Shown here one piece after another: positions 47,706 to 60,800 of a stretch of 64,000 bases of DNA. The notes under the pieces are model-generated. The model did no database searches, was not told where the DNA came from, and worked only from the letters and a program-made list of their open reading frames with translations. How positions within the stretch are numbered: the stretch's first letter is position 1; the number at the start of each line of letters is the position of its first letter. Origin of the DNA: Auanema rhodensis (lineage: Eukaryota; Animalia; Nematoda); contig OZ059896.1 in assembly GCA_964057225.1 (NCBI GenBank), positions 8,742,001 through 8,806,000 of the forward strand, in the 5' to 3' direction. The position numbers were made by a program, and so were the translations under genes.

Positions 47706-50700
47706 TGTAGTACTGGCTGATGATAAATTCTTCCATTGGTCTATCTATCATTCACATCCAAATCACTCATTCCTATCCTTCTATCTATCCATCAAATAAC
47801 CCAACAACCAACTATTTTCTCTTTTTTTTTCTTTTCAGCCCACACCGTCACATTATCACAACTAACTTTGAGATCTATCACTTGTCGCAAAAGTGTTGTG
47901 AATAGAATGAAGAAGATAGTTATAAGAAAGAAGAGGGAGAGAAAGAGAGAGAGAGAGAGGGGGGGAATAGATAGATAGATAATGAGAGATGAAGAGATAT
48001 ATAGAGAGAGACATAGATAATGAACAGAAATTGAAGCTTAATCACTTATGAGTTTCAGTTTTCTTTTCATATCAAGTCATTCATCTATCATGGTTTTTAA
48101 AGAAAAAAATCATTTTAAATTAATTTTTTTAATTTATTTCCTGAATAATTCAAATAAATTTCTTGTAAAACTGTATTTTCAATTTGGTAATGTAATCCTT
48201 TTATTATACTAATATATCATTATAAATATGTTTTGTTGAGTAATAAATAAAATTTTCAAAAGAATAAGATGAAAAGCTTATATATGAGCGGAATATGAGT
48301 TGTCCAGATGGTTGAGTAGTTGAAGGATTTGTGGGAATGGAAGAAGAAAAAGAAGAAGAACAGAAGATGAAATAAGCAAAAGTAGACGAAAGAGGGTAGA
48401 GAAGGAAGAAGATTAACTAATTTTCATGAATTATTATAAATTATATTTCTATTTAAATATCTCATAAACAACATATTTTTGAAATATTTCTAATAAAAAT
48501 ATTATCTGTTTATACAATTTCAATTTTTCTTTTCATTTAACATTAAGACAAAATGATGGATTGATCACAAATCTCTATCTAGCTTTTGACATGAACATAC
48601 ACACATATCTACCAATCGTTTTGATGATAATCAACATGATTATCATCATTATTATCATAGCAGCATTGACCAATTGAATTTTCTTAAAAGCATACGGTAA
48701 CTCAAAAAAACTTTATCGGATATGTGAAGAAAAATTGAATTTATATAAATCATTATCATCATTTAATTCTTCTAATGCTGCTACTGTTGATGATGATTGT
48801 TGTCTGTCTGGGGGTGTGAAACATGCTGTAAACTATTTAATCAGATTGTAATGATTTAATGATCTAAATATTGTAATATTTAAATTAAAAAATCAAATAT
48901 TAGAAATTTATTTTCAAATATAACTATATGTATAAAATTTTAAATAAAATTATGCTGTTTCATTATGTTTTTTTTTAAATTAAAATTAAAAAAAAACAAT
49001 GATATTTCTAAAATTTCGAAAAAGAGACAGGGAAAGACGGAAAGAGAGCAAACTCTTGGTTTTGATAATTAGCGTTCACATCCCTTTTTTCTATGATTTT
49101 ATCAATTAATCATTCATAAATTCCGAAAACTGTTTGATATGTTGTTAGTGTGAAAAGGTGCGAAGAAGACGAGTATTTCTTAAGATCATAAATCTATTCT
49201 AGACGTCGATCACATCATCGTTGACGTTGTTATAGTCAAGTCATCCTCATCACCTTTTTTTGAGAGAAAATCGTCGTTCTTTTCATTTTTTTCACCTGAC
49301 GATAAGATTTTTGAACAATATATTTCCCCAGTAAAAAAAAATAAATACAGAGTTAATAAGGAATTAAAGTTTTATTTTTTATTTTATAATAAAATATAAA
49401 TTAAATAGTTCGTTGATATTTGGTGATTGTTGAAACTGAAAAAAAAATTGAAAAGAGAGGGAAAACGAAAGAAGAAGATGAATGATCTGATTGACAGGAA
49501 AAAAGCACTTGAATCTACACAATGAGCTAAAGATTTGACTGAACACCTTTTTTGCTATTGACCCGTTATCAGGGGACCTGATCTTTTTAAAAATAAAAAA
49601 AGAAACAAAGGAATTTGAATCTCATGATCTTTAATTTATAAGAATAATTTACATAATATATATGTATATATAGATTATACTATATGATATTTCTTCTATT
49701 AATTTAAATATTGTTTGAAAGAAGAAGAAATGTTTTACTTCCGTATATCTCCCTCTCTCTCCCTCTCTCTCTCTCTCTTTATTTCATTCTTAAATGATCT
49801 AATCGATTAAGTTAGAATGATTATCTGATTTGAGTTGTTTGTTAAGTAATGATAATAAAACTGTTATAACTTCATCATCATCACTTCAAAATGATTTGTC
49901 ATTTTAAAAATGTTTTTCTAGTAGTTTGTACTGACTGATCATAGTTAAGCTAGAAAAATTGACAACTATGAATGATGATGAAAAAGTTGTTTTAAATAAA
50001 ATAATTTAATAGAAAAGAAAACTTTATTCTTTACTCTTATGTTATTCCTCTGTAAAAATATTTTTTAAAATAAAACAATAAGTGGAGATAAGGGAGAGGA
50101 AGAAGAAAGTGAGAGGGGGGGGGATGGGTTAGGGTAGAGGAACAGTTTATCCAAGTATTACGGAAGTTGTCGGGAAAAAAAATATTTTGAGATAATTCAT
50201 TAAATGAAAAAGTGCTCTCAATGAATTAAATGAATAATTGATTTAAAGTTTAGTAAGAATAATGACATTACATCTTGTCTTTTTGCACGAAAAAAAAAGT
50301 TTTTTTTTTAAAACTAAAACAAGTGAAGATTAATAGAATGATATTTGAGCCTTTGATTGAAGTTTAAAAAAAAAAGAAACATTTCAGATCATTGATATTG
50401 AACGTTTTATCGATGTATATGTATGAAGATAAATAAGAAAAATCAATATATATCATATACATATTCATTTAATTATTATATTTTTTTAATTTATTCAATT
50501 TGTTTTATAGAAATTTATAAAAACACATTTACAATATATATATGTAACTTCCGTTTATCATTAATAATAAAATTCAGAATCCCATGTCAGTTGAAGGAAA
50601 ACTACAGTGATACCACTGTTGATTACGGTACCACTTGACAGCACTGTCTGCATTCAGTCGTTCAAGTAAGTCAGTTTTCGTTGGTATTCGCTCTTTCAAT

Positions 50701-53489
50701 TGATAATGTCGTTTTTCATCTTCATCGTCAATTTATCATCTTAGAATAACATTCTCGGCTATCATAGAACCGGTTCATCGTTACCTTCTGTCATCAGATG
50801 ACGATGAACAACGACGTCTTCCATCATTAACTGTCGACATCGTCAGGATAGATAAAATGGAGACGGAAGAGAAAGCAAAAAAAAAAAGGAGAACAGAACA
50901 GAATAGATAACGATGATGATGATGATGATGATGACGACGACGATAGAATACGTCGACGTCAATTTCGAGGAAAGAATAAGAACATCTGGTAGTATTTGGC
51001 AAATAAACAAATAAATAATATTTCTTTTTGTTCTGTATCGATAGAGAGAATATCATGATGATGTTTCATTCATTTATAAAGAAATATCTTATATATTCTT
51101 CCAGATCAACTTGATTTTGCAATCAATATACATAAATATAATTATAATTATATATTTCATAATATTTAAAATTTTAAAAATGTCATTTATTTGCATTTTA
51201 AGCAAAAATTTTTGTTTTTCTTGGTTGTATTCCGTTGACGACATCAACTATAATTTGAAAGCAATAAACGACGAAAGACAATGATGGATTGGAGCTGAAA
51301 TCAGTCATATATTTCTTTTTCATTATCTTTTCTTCTTTTTTTTCTAGTTATTTGAAGAACAACTCTTCATATTAGCAAAACTTTTAAACATAAACATCTA
51401 TCAATTCTTATCAGTCAGTTCTAATTATTTCTTATCATTTATCTAACTATTGTCTTTTTTTTTCCAAAATATCTTAAAAATACTTGTCTTATAATTTATA
51501 ATTTCAAAGAAAATGATAATTATATACATATATTACTATATAAAGAGTAAATATACAACTATTTTTATAAATCATACTGTAATATTAGAATGAAAGATCG
51601 CTCACAAAGAACACCGGTCACATCTGAAACAACCATATTTTCTGAATTAGAGGTACTGTATTCGTTAATAAATCTTTTTTTTTTGGAAAAAAGAAAATAA
51701 TAGACATTATAATTATATTTCAATTACTGTAGATTAAAGGATTAAATAAGGCAGATTTTCACGTATTTGCTTGATAAATAGGTATAGAGAGTATGATTTA
51801 CTTTTCTTCTTCTTTTCCCTTTTTTTTCTTTTCTATCATTTTTTTTCATTTAAACTTCAATTCATTCCTTCATTTATCTCTCCAGCTTTTCATTTACTTT
51901 TAAATTTATTAGATTAATCGTAGTTTCTTGCTTAGTCACACACAACTATGTATATGATTTTCAAAATAATTTATAAGATTTATATAATAATTAATATAAA
52001 TAAATAAATATTATAATTATAATATTATATATATATAGTATAATACAAATTATATTTTATGCTTTATTTTAGTTTACTTTAATTGAGATACTTAAAGCTG
52101 ATTTACTGGTAGTTGTATTCAAATTAAATATAAAATATGTTTTATATTTATAATTATAATAACTATAAAAAGAATATTATATATTAATATAAATATTCAT
52201 AAAATATTTCAAAGTTTCCGAATCAAATATAAAAACTCAAACACGTGTATATGATGTATATATTTAGTTTTATTGAAATTATATTTCATGGACAGTCATG
52301 GATGATTAGAGTAACACAACACCAAATAACAAATTCCTTATATCATATATTCAAATATTTATAAGCTTGTTTAAGCTTATTTTAGTGTTAAAACATCTGA
52401 TAATAGCCATATGAATGAGTTAAAATTAATTTTTTTCTTAATTCTCTATAGGTATTCAACTTTCATTACTCATAACTGTATATACAGATAATCTATTATC
52501 TGTTTAACTATGTATATGTATCTTATAAGATTATATCAAAAGGGTGATGAATGTTAACCAATTGGAATATGACTGAATGAGATACACAGCACGACAAAGA
52601 AGAATGATTAACTTAAAGGATAGACTAGCTTCGGCAAAATATTTATGAGCGATTATGATCTATTAGAATTTCTGTTGATGATGACGAGGGAAGAGCAGAT
52701 GATAGATTTATCATATACAACCCTTCTTCTCATAAGTCTCGAACAACCTCTTATAAACGTTTCATTGTGATTTCTCTCTCTCTCTCTCTCTCTCTTTCTA
52801 TAAGGTTTTCTATAGAAATGTTGTAGCTAATAGATATAATGCTCATCAATAAATAACTAAAACCTCTAAGAATGTGTTAAAATTCAATAGAAAATGATAT
52901 GGAAATTCATCTATTATGATTGATATGATGATTGAATAGAAAATGATGTAAATCTTAGAATCAAACGCATTGTCATATAGATATGAATGATATGTTTAAA
53001 TAGAAAATCATAAAGACTATCATAATCATTCATTTCTTAAAGCTTTATGTGTCTTTTCAACTTTTGAATTAGCTTAATATCGAAATAGAAAGGCTGAAGG
53101 GGGGGGGGTTAATATAATTAAATAAATTAAATATATAATATATACTGTATACTACTACTACTACTACATCTACATGAACATTACTTCATTAACAGCAATA
53201 TCAATCATTCATTCATATCATTTGTTCAGTTTATTTTTAAAATAAAACTTTTTTTTTAGATTTTTTATCATTTAAAATTATATTTCTTGTTTTTTTTTTT
53301 AATTTTAATTATTTTACTGTATTTAATAAAATTGTTGTACAACCGTTCTGCTGAATACATACACGTCATCATAAAAAATACGTGATTAACACGTCAAAAA
53401 GTGACGTGAAATTTAAATAAAAAAATTTAATTAACTATATACATATAGTAAAAAATATATAAATATATGTATATTGTAAAGTAAATATG

Positions 53490-53493
<4 letters not shown>

Positions 53494-53543
<50 letters not shown>
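53494..53543. repeat. (AT)25 microsatellite
   Basis: Uninterrupted AT run. Shorter AT runs occur at about 8224-8252, 30755-30779 and 44082-44110. Confidence 0.9.
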
Positions 53544-53545
<2 letters not shown>

Positions 53546-54769
53546 CTAAACGTATCTTCATCATATACCTAGAAATACTTGTAAAAAATAGTTTTAGTAA
53601 TATATTTTATGTCTCTTCTTAACATAATACTTGTTCTGTTTTGATAAATGTCTTTTTTTAACCTGCAGAAAGCTGAATATAAACTAGTTTTATCGAGTCA
53701 CAGTTAGTTCGTTTCATCTATAAATCAGCTTCCGAAATAGCTTTTAACCAAGCTTTTCCCACAGCGATCCATCTGTCCAGAAGACTTGCCGACCGATGCT
53801 TAAGAGTCAGATCGTCATTGAGCAGCCGGGAGGCAGATTTATGAGTATTCCGGTTGAAAAAGTCGTAAACGAATCCATCTGACATATGAAGACAGGAGCA
53901 AAAGTTTGGAAGGGACCATCTATTACAGATATCCAGAACTATTAAAATAATACAAAATTAATAAATAAGTTTAAAGAACATTAACTATAATATAGTTAAT
54001 AATATTGAATTTGAATAATAAGAAATTTAAATAAGAAATTAGAAGAATTAAGTTTGAAAAATTAAAAAATATTATTGTTCAACAGTTGAAAATAATACTT
54101 TTATCTTCTTCTATATTAAAAGAAAAAATATTTAATCTTATATATATCGTTTGAAATCGTATTTTTACGATTTGAAATACAGAAAGTTTGGCAACATTTA
54201 CAGCTTATCTGTGATGTGATCAACTCGTTTTATTTTAATGATTATCGTTTCAATAGACATCATAAATCTATTTCAAGACGATTTGAAGCACATTAGAATT
54301 CGTTCTTCTGAATCCTCAACAGCCGCTAGAAGAAAACTGTCAGTCATTTGTTCTTTAGTCGAATAAAAGATTTTTCGAGATCTGTGTGAAATCAGTGGTT
54401 GTTTTAACAAAAAATACAAGATGAAGAAAAATGAGAAGAGAAAATGGTCAATAGCTTTTCTCTTATCTTTTTCACAAAAGTAATTTAAAGTTAAAAAAAG
54501 AATATAATAAAAGAAAAGATAGTTAATGAGATTTGAATAGATGAAGAGAGAGAGAGAAATTTAGTGAGAGAGAAAGAGAGAGAGAGAGGGAAAGATAAAA
54601 AGAGATAATGATAGAGAGAGAAATGAGATTTATGCGGTATTCACCTCATTTTCACAAACATATAAATCAGTTACAGCCAATTGACTGATGCTCATTGAAG
54701 ATTAATGTTTTTTTTATTCATTTTCTTTTGGTTCTCCGATTGTAATTGAAAGCATTTTTGAGAAAATAG

Positions 54770-54775
54770 TTTATT
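54770..54775 (-). other. Probable polyadenylation signal of the collagen gene
   Basis: AATAAA on the minus strand (TTTATT on +), about 60 nt after the stop codon. Confidence 0.55.
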
Positions 54776-54834
54776 AACTTCATTATGTATGTACAATATT
54801 ATAATTTGAATTATAATTACATAGATTGGAGTAT

Positions 54835-57800
54835 TTAGAGAAGATAAGGTGTGGCACGAGGTGGTGATGAAGGAGGTTTTGGACGATCATGACGTATGGT
54901 TTTGCGACGAACTCCTATGATATATGGAATTGGTCGATCGTTATTATCTTTTGGCTGAAAATAGTTCATACGGTAGAGATCGTTTGGTCGTGGCGAAGGA
55001 TTTGAGGAAGGAGTACTAGATTGAATTGAATCATATGGATTTGGCGGTGAATCTACAGGAGGCTGATCTTCTGTTTTAGGTGGTTCATTTGGATACACAT
55101 AGCTTGGAGCTGTTGTAGACGGCTGAGAAGGCGCCGGTGTAGTCTCTGCATTGTCATATGGAAGAGGGGATGGAGTAGAGTCTGGTGAATCAGGCGGACT
55201 GTAAGGTTGCTCAGGATATGCATTCTCAGGAGCTGCAGTGGTTGTTGTTGTTGTCTGTTCCACGGGATTGAATGGAGGGTAAGGATAATTGAAAGGAGGA
55301 TAAGGATAACCGTAAGGCGATGGTGGCGATGGTTTGTTATGCACAGTTGGAGGACTGTATGGAGGATAAGGATAGCCATAAGGAGGAGGAGGCCATGGGA
55401 AGCTTGGATAACTTGGATTGGGATATCTAGGGTATGGAGGAGGTAGATAATAGTCACGAGGAGGATTTGATGGGTATTGAGGATATGGTGAATTTGGATA
55501 CTCATGACTTTCACAGCCTGGGAATCCACAATTTTTCGGTGAAGGCTTCTTGGAAGGCTGGCACCAGTCTTCATTACATGGTGTTTCAGGTATCAGAGGG
55601 CCTCGTGTGTTCGTGTGATTACGGCATCCAGGTCCATGACACGGTGGTGCAGGTTCAGTTGCGTGCCCTGGTTGAGGAAGACAGTTTCGTCCCTCACATG
55701 GTTCTTCAGGTTCGAATGGTTCTGGTGTTGGACGTGGTCGTGGGCGAGGATGACAGTTTGGTCCCTCACATGGTTCTTCAGGTTCGAATGGTTCTGGTGT
55801 TGGACGTGGTCTTGGACGAGGATGACAGTTTGGTCCTTCACATGGTTCTTCAGGTTCGAATGGTTCTGGTGTTGGACGTGGTCGTGGACGAGGATGACAG
55901 TTTGGTCCCTCACATGGTTCTTCAGGTTCGAATGGTTCTGGTGTTGGACGTGGTCTTGGACGAGGATGGCAGTTTGGTCCTTCACATGGTTCTTCAGGCT
56001 CAAATGGTTCTGGGGTTGGACGTGGTCGTGGATGGTGATGGCAGTTCGGTCCCTCACATGGTTCTTCAGGTTCGAATGGCTCTGGTGTTGGGCGTGGTCG
56101 TGGACGAGGATGGCAGTTTGGTCCTTCACATGGTTCTTCAGGCTCAAATGGTTCTGGGGTTGGACGTGGTCGTGGACGAGGATGACAGTTTGGTCCCTCA
56201 CATGGTTCTTCAGGTTCGAATGGCTCTGGTGTTGGGCGTGGTCGTGGACGAGGATGGCAGTTTGGTCCTTCACATGGTTCTTCAGGTTCGAATGGCTTTG
56301 GTGTTGGACGTGGTCGTGGATGGTGATGGCAGTTCGGTCCTTCACATGGTTCTTCAGGCTCAAATGGCTCTGGTGTTGGGCGTGGTCGTGGACGAGAATG
56401 GCAGTTTGGTCCTTCACATGGTTCTTCAGGTTCGAATGGCTCTGGTGTTGGACGTGGCCGTGGATGATGATGGCAGTTTGGTCCTACACATGGTTCTTCA
56501 GGTTCGAATGGTTCTGGTGTTGGACGTGGCCGTGGATGATGATGGCAGTTTGGTCCTTCACATGGTTCTTCAGGTTCGAATGGCTCTGGTGTTGGGCGTG
56601 GCCGTGGATGATGATGGCAGTTTGGTCCTTCACATGGTTCTTCAGGTTCGAATGGCTCTGGTGTTGGGCGTGGTCGTGGACGAGAATGGCAGTTCGGTCC
56701 TTCACATGGTTCTTCAGGCTCAAATGGCTCTGGTGTTGGGCGTGGTCGTGGACGAGAATGGCAGTTTGGTCCTTCACATGGTTCTTCAGGTTCGAATGGC
56801 TCTGGTGTTGGGCGTGGTCGTGGACGAGAATGGCAGTTTGGTCCTTCACATGGTTCTTCAGGTTCGAATGGCTCTGGTGTTGGGCGTGGTCGTGGATGGT
56901 GATGGCAGTTTGGTCCTTCACATGGTTCTTCAGGCTCAAATGGCTCTGGTGTTGGGCGTGGTCGTGGACGAGAATGGCAGTTTGGTCCTTCACATGGTTC
57001 TTCAGGTTCGAATGGTTCTGGTGTTGGACGTGGTCGTGGGCGAGGATGACAGTTTGGTCCCTCACATGGTTCTTCAGGTTCGAATGGCTCTGGTGTTGGG
57101 CGTGGTCGTGGACGAGGATGACAGTTTGGTCCCTCACATGGTTCTTCAGGTTCGAATGGTTCTGGTGTTGGGCGTGGTCGTGGATGGTGATGGCAGTCGG
57201 GTCCTTCACATGGTTCTTCAGGCTCAAATGGTTCAGGTGTTGGACGTGGTCGTGGATGGTGATGGCAGTTTGGTCCTTCACATGGTTCTTCAGGTTCGAA
57301 TGGTTCTGGTGTTGGACGTGGTCGTGGACGAGAATGGCAGTTTGGTCCTTCACATGGTTCTTCAGGTTCGAATGGCTCTGGTGTTGGGCGTGGCCGTGGA
57401 TGGTGATGGCAGTTTGGTCCTTCACATGGTTCTTCAGGTTCGAATGGCTCTGGTGTTGGGCGTGGCCGTGGACGAGAATGGCAGTTTGGTCCTTCACATG
57501 GTTCTTCAGGCTCAAATGGTTCAGGTGTTGGACGTGGTCGTGGATAGTGATGGCAGTTTGGTCCTTCACATGGTTCTTCAGGCTCAAATGGTTCAGGTGT
57601 TGGACGTGGTCGTGGATGGTGATGGCAGTTTGGTCCTTCACATGGTTCTTCAGGTTCGAATGGTTCTGGTGTTGGACGTGGTCGTGGACGAGAATGGCAG
57701 TTTGGTCCTTCACATGGTTCTTCAGGTTCGAATGGCTCTGGTGTTGGGCGTGGCCGTGGATGGTGATGGCAGTTTGGTCCCTCACATGGTTCTTCAGGTT

Positions 57801-60800
57801 CGAATGGTTCTGGTGTTGGACGTGGTCGTGGACAGTTTGGTCCCTCACATGGTTCTTCAGGCTCAAATGGTTCTGGGGTTGGACGTGGTCGTGGACGAGG
57901 ATGACAGTTTCGTCCCTCACATGGTTCTTCAGGTTCGAATGGCTCTGGTGTTGGGCGTGGTCGTGGACGAGGATGACAGTTTGGTCCCTCACATGGTTCT
58001 TCAGGTTCGAATGGTTCTGGTGTTGGACGTGGTCGTGGACAGTTTGGTCCCTCACATGGTTCTTCAGGCTCAAATGGTTCTGGGGTTGGACGTGGTCGTG
58101 GACGAGGATGACAGTTTCGTCCCTCACATGGTTCTTCAGGTTCGAATGGCTCTGGTGTTGGGCGTGGTCGTGGACGAGGATGACAGTTTGGTCCCTCACA
58201 TGGTTCTTCAGGTTCGAATGGTTCTGGTGTTGGACGTGGTCGTGGACGAGGATGACAGTTTGGTCCCTCACATGGTTCTTCAGGTTCGAATGGTTCTGGT
58301 GTTGGACGTGGTCGTGGACGGGGATGACAGTTTGGTCCCTCACATGGTTCTTCAAGTTCGAATGGTTCTGGTGTTGGACGTGGTCGTGGAGGAGGATGAC
58401 AGTTTGGTCCTTCACATGGTTCTTCAGGTTCGAATGGTTCTGGTGTTGGACGTGGTCGTGGACGAGGATGACAGTTTGGTCCCTCACATGGTTCTTCAGG
58501 TTCGAATGGTTCTGGTGTTGGACGTGGTCGTGGACAGTTTGGTCCTTCACATGGTTCTTCAGGCTCAAATGGTTCTGGGGTTGGACGTGGTCGTGGACGG
58601 GGATGACAGTTTGGTCCCTCACATGGTTCTTCAGGTTCGAATGGCTCTGGTGTTGGGCGTGGTCGTGGACGAGGATGGCAGTTTGGTCCTTCACATGGTT
58701 CTTCAGGCTCAAATGGTTCTGGTGTTGGACGTGGTCGTGGACGAGGATGACAGTTTGGTCCTTCACATGGTTCTTCAGGCTCAAATGGTTCTGGTGTTGG
58801 GCGTGGCCGTGGATGATGATGGCAGTTTGGTCCTTCACATGGTTCTTCAGGTTCAAATGGTTCTGGGGTTGGACGTGGTCGTGGATGGTGATGGCAGTTT
58901 GGTCCTTCACATGGTTCTTCAGGCTCAACTGGTTGTGGACGTGGGAAGCATTCCGGTCCTTCACATGGTTCTTCTGGCTCTATTGGCTGTGGAGTTGGGC
59001 GAGGGAAGCATTCTGGTCCTTCACATGGTTGTTCTGGCTCTGTTGGCTGTGGAGTTGGGCGAGGGAAGCATTCTGGCCCTTCACATGGTTGTTCTGGCTC
59101 TGTTGGCTGTGGAGTTGGACGAGGGAAGCATTGGGGTCCTTCACATGGTTTTTCAGGTTCAAAAGGCTCTTGTGTTGGACGTGGACGTGGATGATGTTGG
59201 CAGTTTGGTCCTTCACATGGCTGTTCTGGCTCTGTTGGCTGTGGAGTTGGGCGAGGGAAGCATTCGGGTCCTTCACACGGCTGTTCTGGCTCTGTTGGCT
59301 GTGGAGTTGGGCTAGGGAAGCATTCGGGTCCTTCACATGGCTGTTCTGGCTCTGTTGGCTGTAGAGTTGGGCGAGGGAAGCATTCTGGTCCTTCACATGA
59401 TTGCTCTGGCTCTGTTGGCTGTGGAGTTGGGCGAGGGAAGCATTCTGGCCCTTCACATGATTGCTCTGGCTCTGTTGGCTGTGGAGTTGGGCGAGGGAAG
59501 CATTCTGGTCCTTCACATGATTGCTCTGGCTCTGTTGGCTGTGGAGTTGGGCGAGGGAAGCATTCTGGCCCTTCACATGATTGCTCTGGCTCTGTTGGCT
59601 GTGGAGTTGGGCGAGGGAAGCATTCTGGCCCTTCACATGGTTGTTCTGGCTCTGTTGGCTGTGGAGTTGGGCGAGGGAAGCATTCTGGCCCTTCACATGG
59701 CTGTTCTGGCTCTGTTGGCTGTGGAGTTGGGCTAGGGAAGCATTCTGGCCCTTCACATGGTTGTTCTGGCTCTGTTGGCTCTGGAGTAGGATGAAGGAGG
59801 CATTCGGGTCCTTCACATGGTTTTTCAGGTTCAAATGGTTCTTGTGTTGGACGTGGACGTGGATGATGTTGGCAGTTTGGTCCTTCACATGGTTCTTCAG
59901 GTTCGAATGGTTCTGGTGTTGGACGTGGTCCTGGACGAGGAAGACAGTTTGGTCCTTCACATGGTTCTTCAGGTTCGAATGGTTCTGGTGTTGGACGTGG
60001 TCCTGGACGAGGATGGCAGTTTGGTCCTTCACATGGTTCTTCAGGTTCGAATGGTTCAGGTGTTGGTCGGGGTCCTGGACGAGGATGGCAGTTTGGTCCT
60101 TCACATGGTTCTTCAGGTTCGAATGGTTCTGGTGTTGGACGTGGTCCTGGGCGAGGATGGCAGTTTGGTCCTTCACATGGTTCTTCAGGTTCGAATGGTT
60201 CTGGTGTTGGACGTGGTCCTGGACGAGGATGGCAGTTTGGTCCTTCACATGGTTCTTCAGGTTCGAATGGCTTCGGTGTTGGACGGGGTCCTGGACGAGG
60301 ATGACAGTTTCGTCCCTCACATGGTTCTTCAGGTTCGAATGGTTCAGGTGTTGGACGGGGTCCTGGACGAGGATGGCAGTTTGGTCCTTCACATGGTTCT
60401 TCAGGTTCGAATGGTTCAGGTGTTGGACGTGGTCCTGGACGAGGATGACAGTTTGGTCCTTCACATGGTTCTTCAGGTTCAAATGGTTCAGGTGTTGGAC
60501 GGGGTCCTGGACGAGGATGGCAGTTTGGTCCTTCACATGGTTCTTCAGGTTCGAATGGTTCAGGTGTTGGACGTGGTCCTGGACGAGGATGGCAGTTTGG
60601 TTCTTCACATGGTTCTTCAGGTTCGAATGGTTCAGGTGTTGGACGTGGTCCTGGACGAGGATGACAGTTTGGTCCTTCACATGGTTCTTCAGGTTCAAAT
60701 GGTTCAGGTGTTGGACGGGGTCCTGGACGAGGATGGCAGTTTGGTCCTTCACATGGTTCTTCAGGTTCGAATGGTTCAGGTGTTGGACGGGGTCCTGGAC

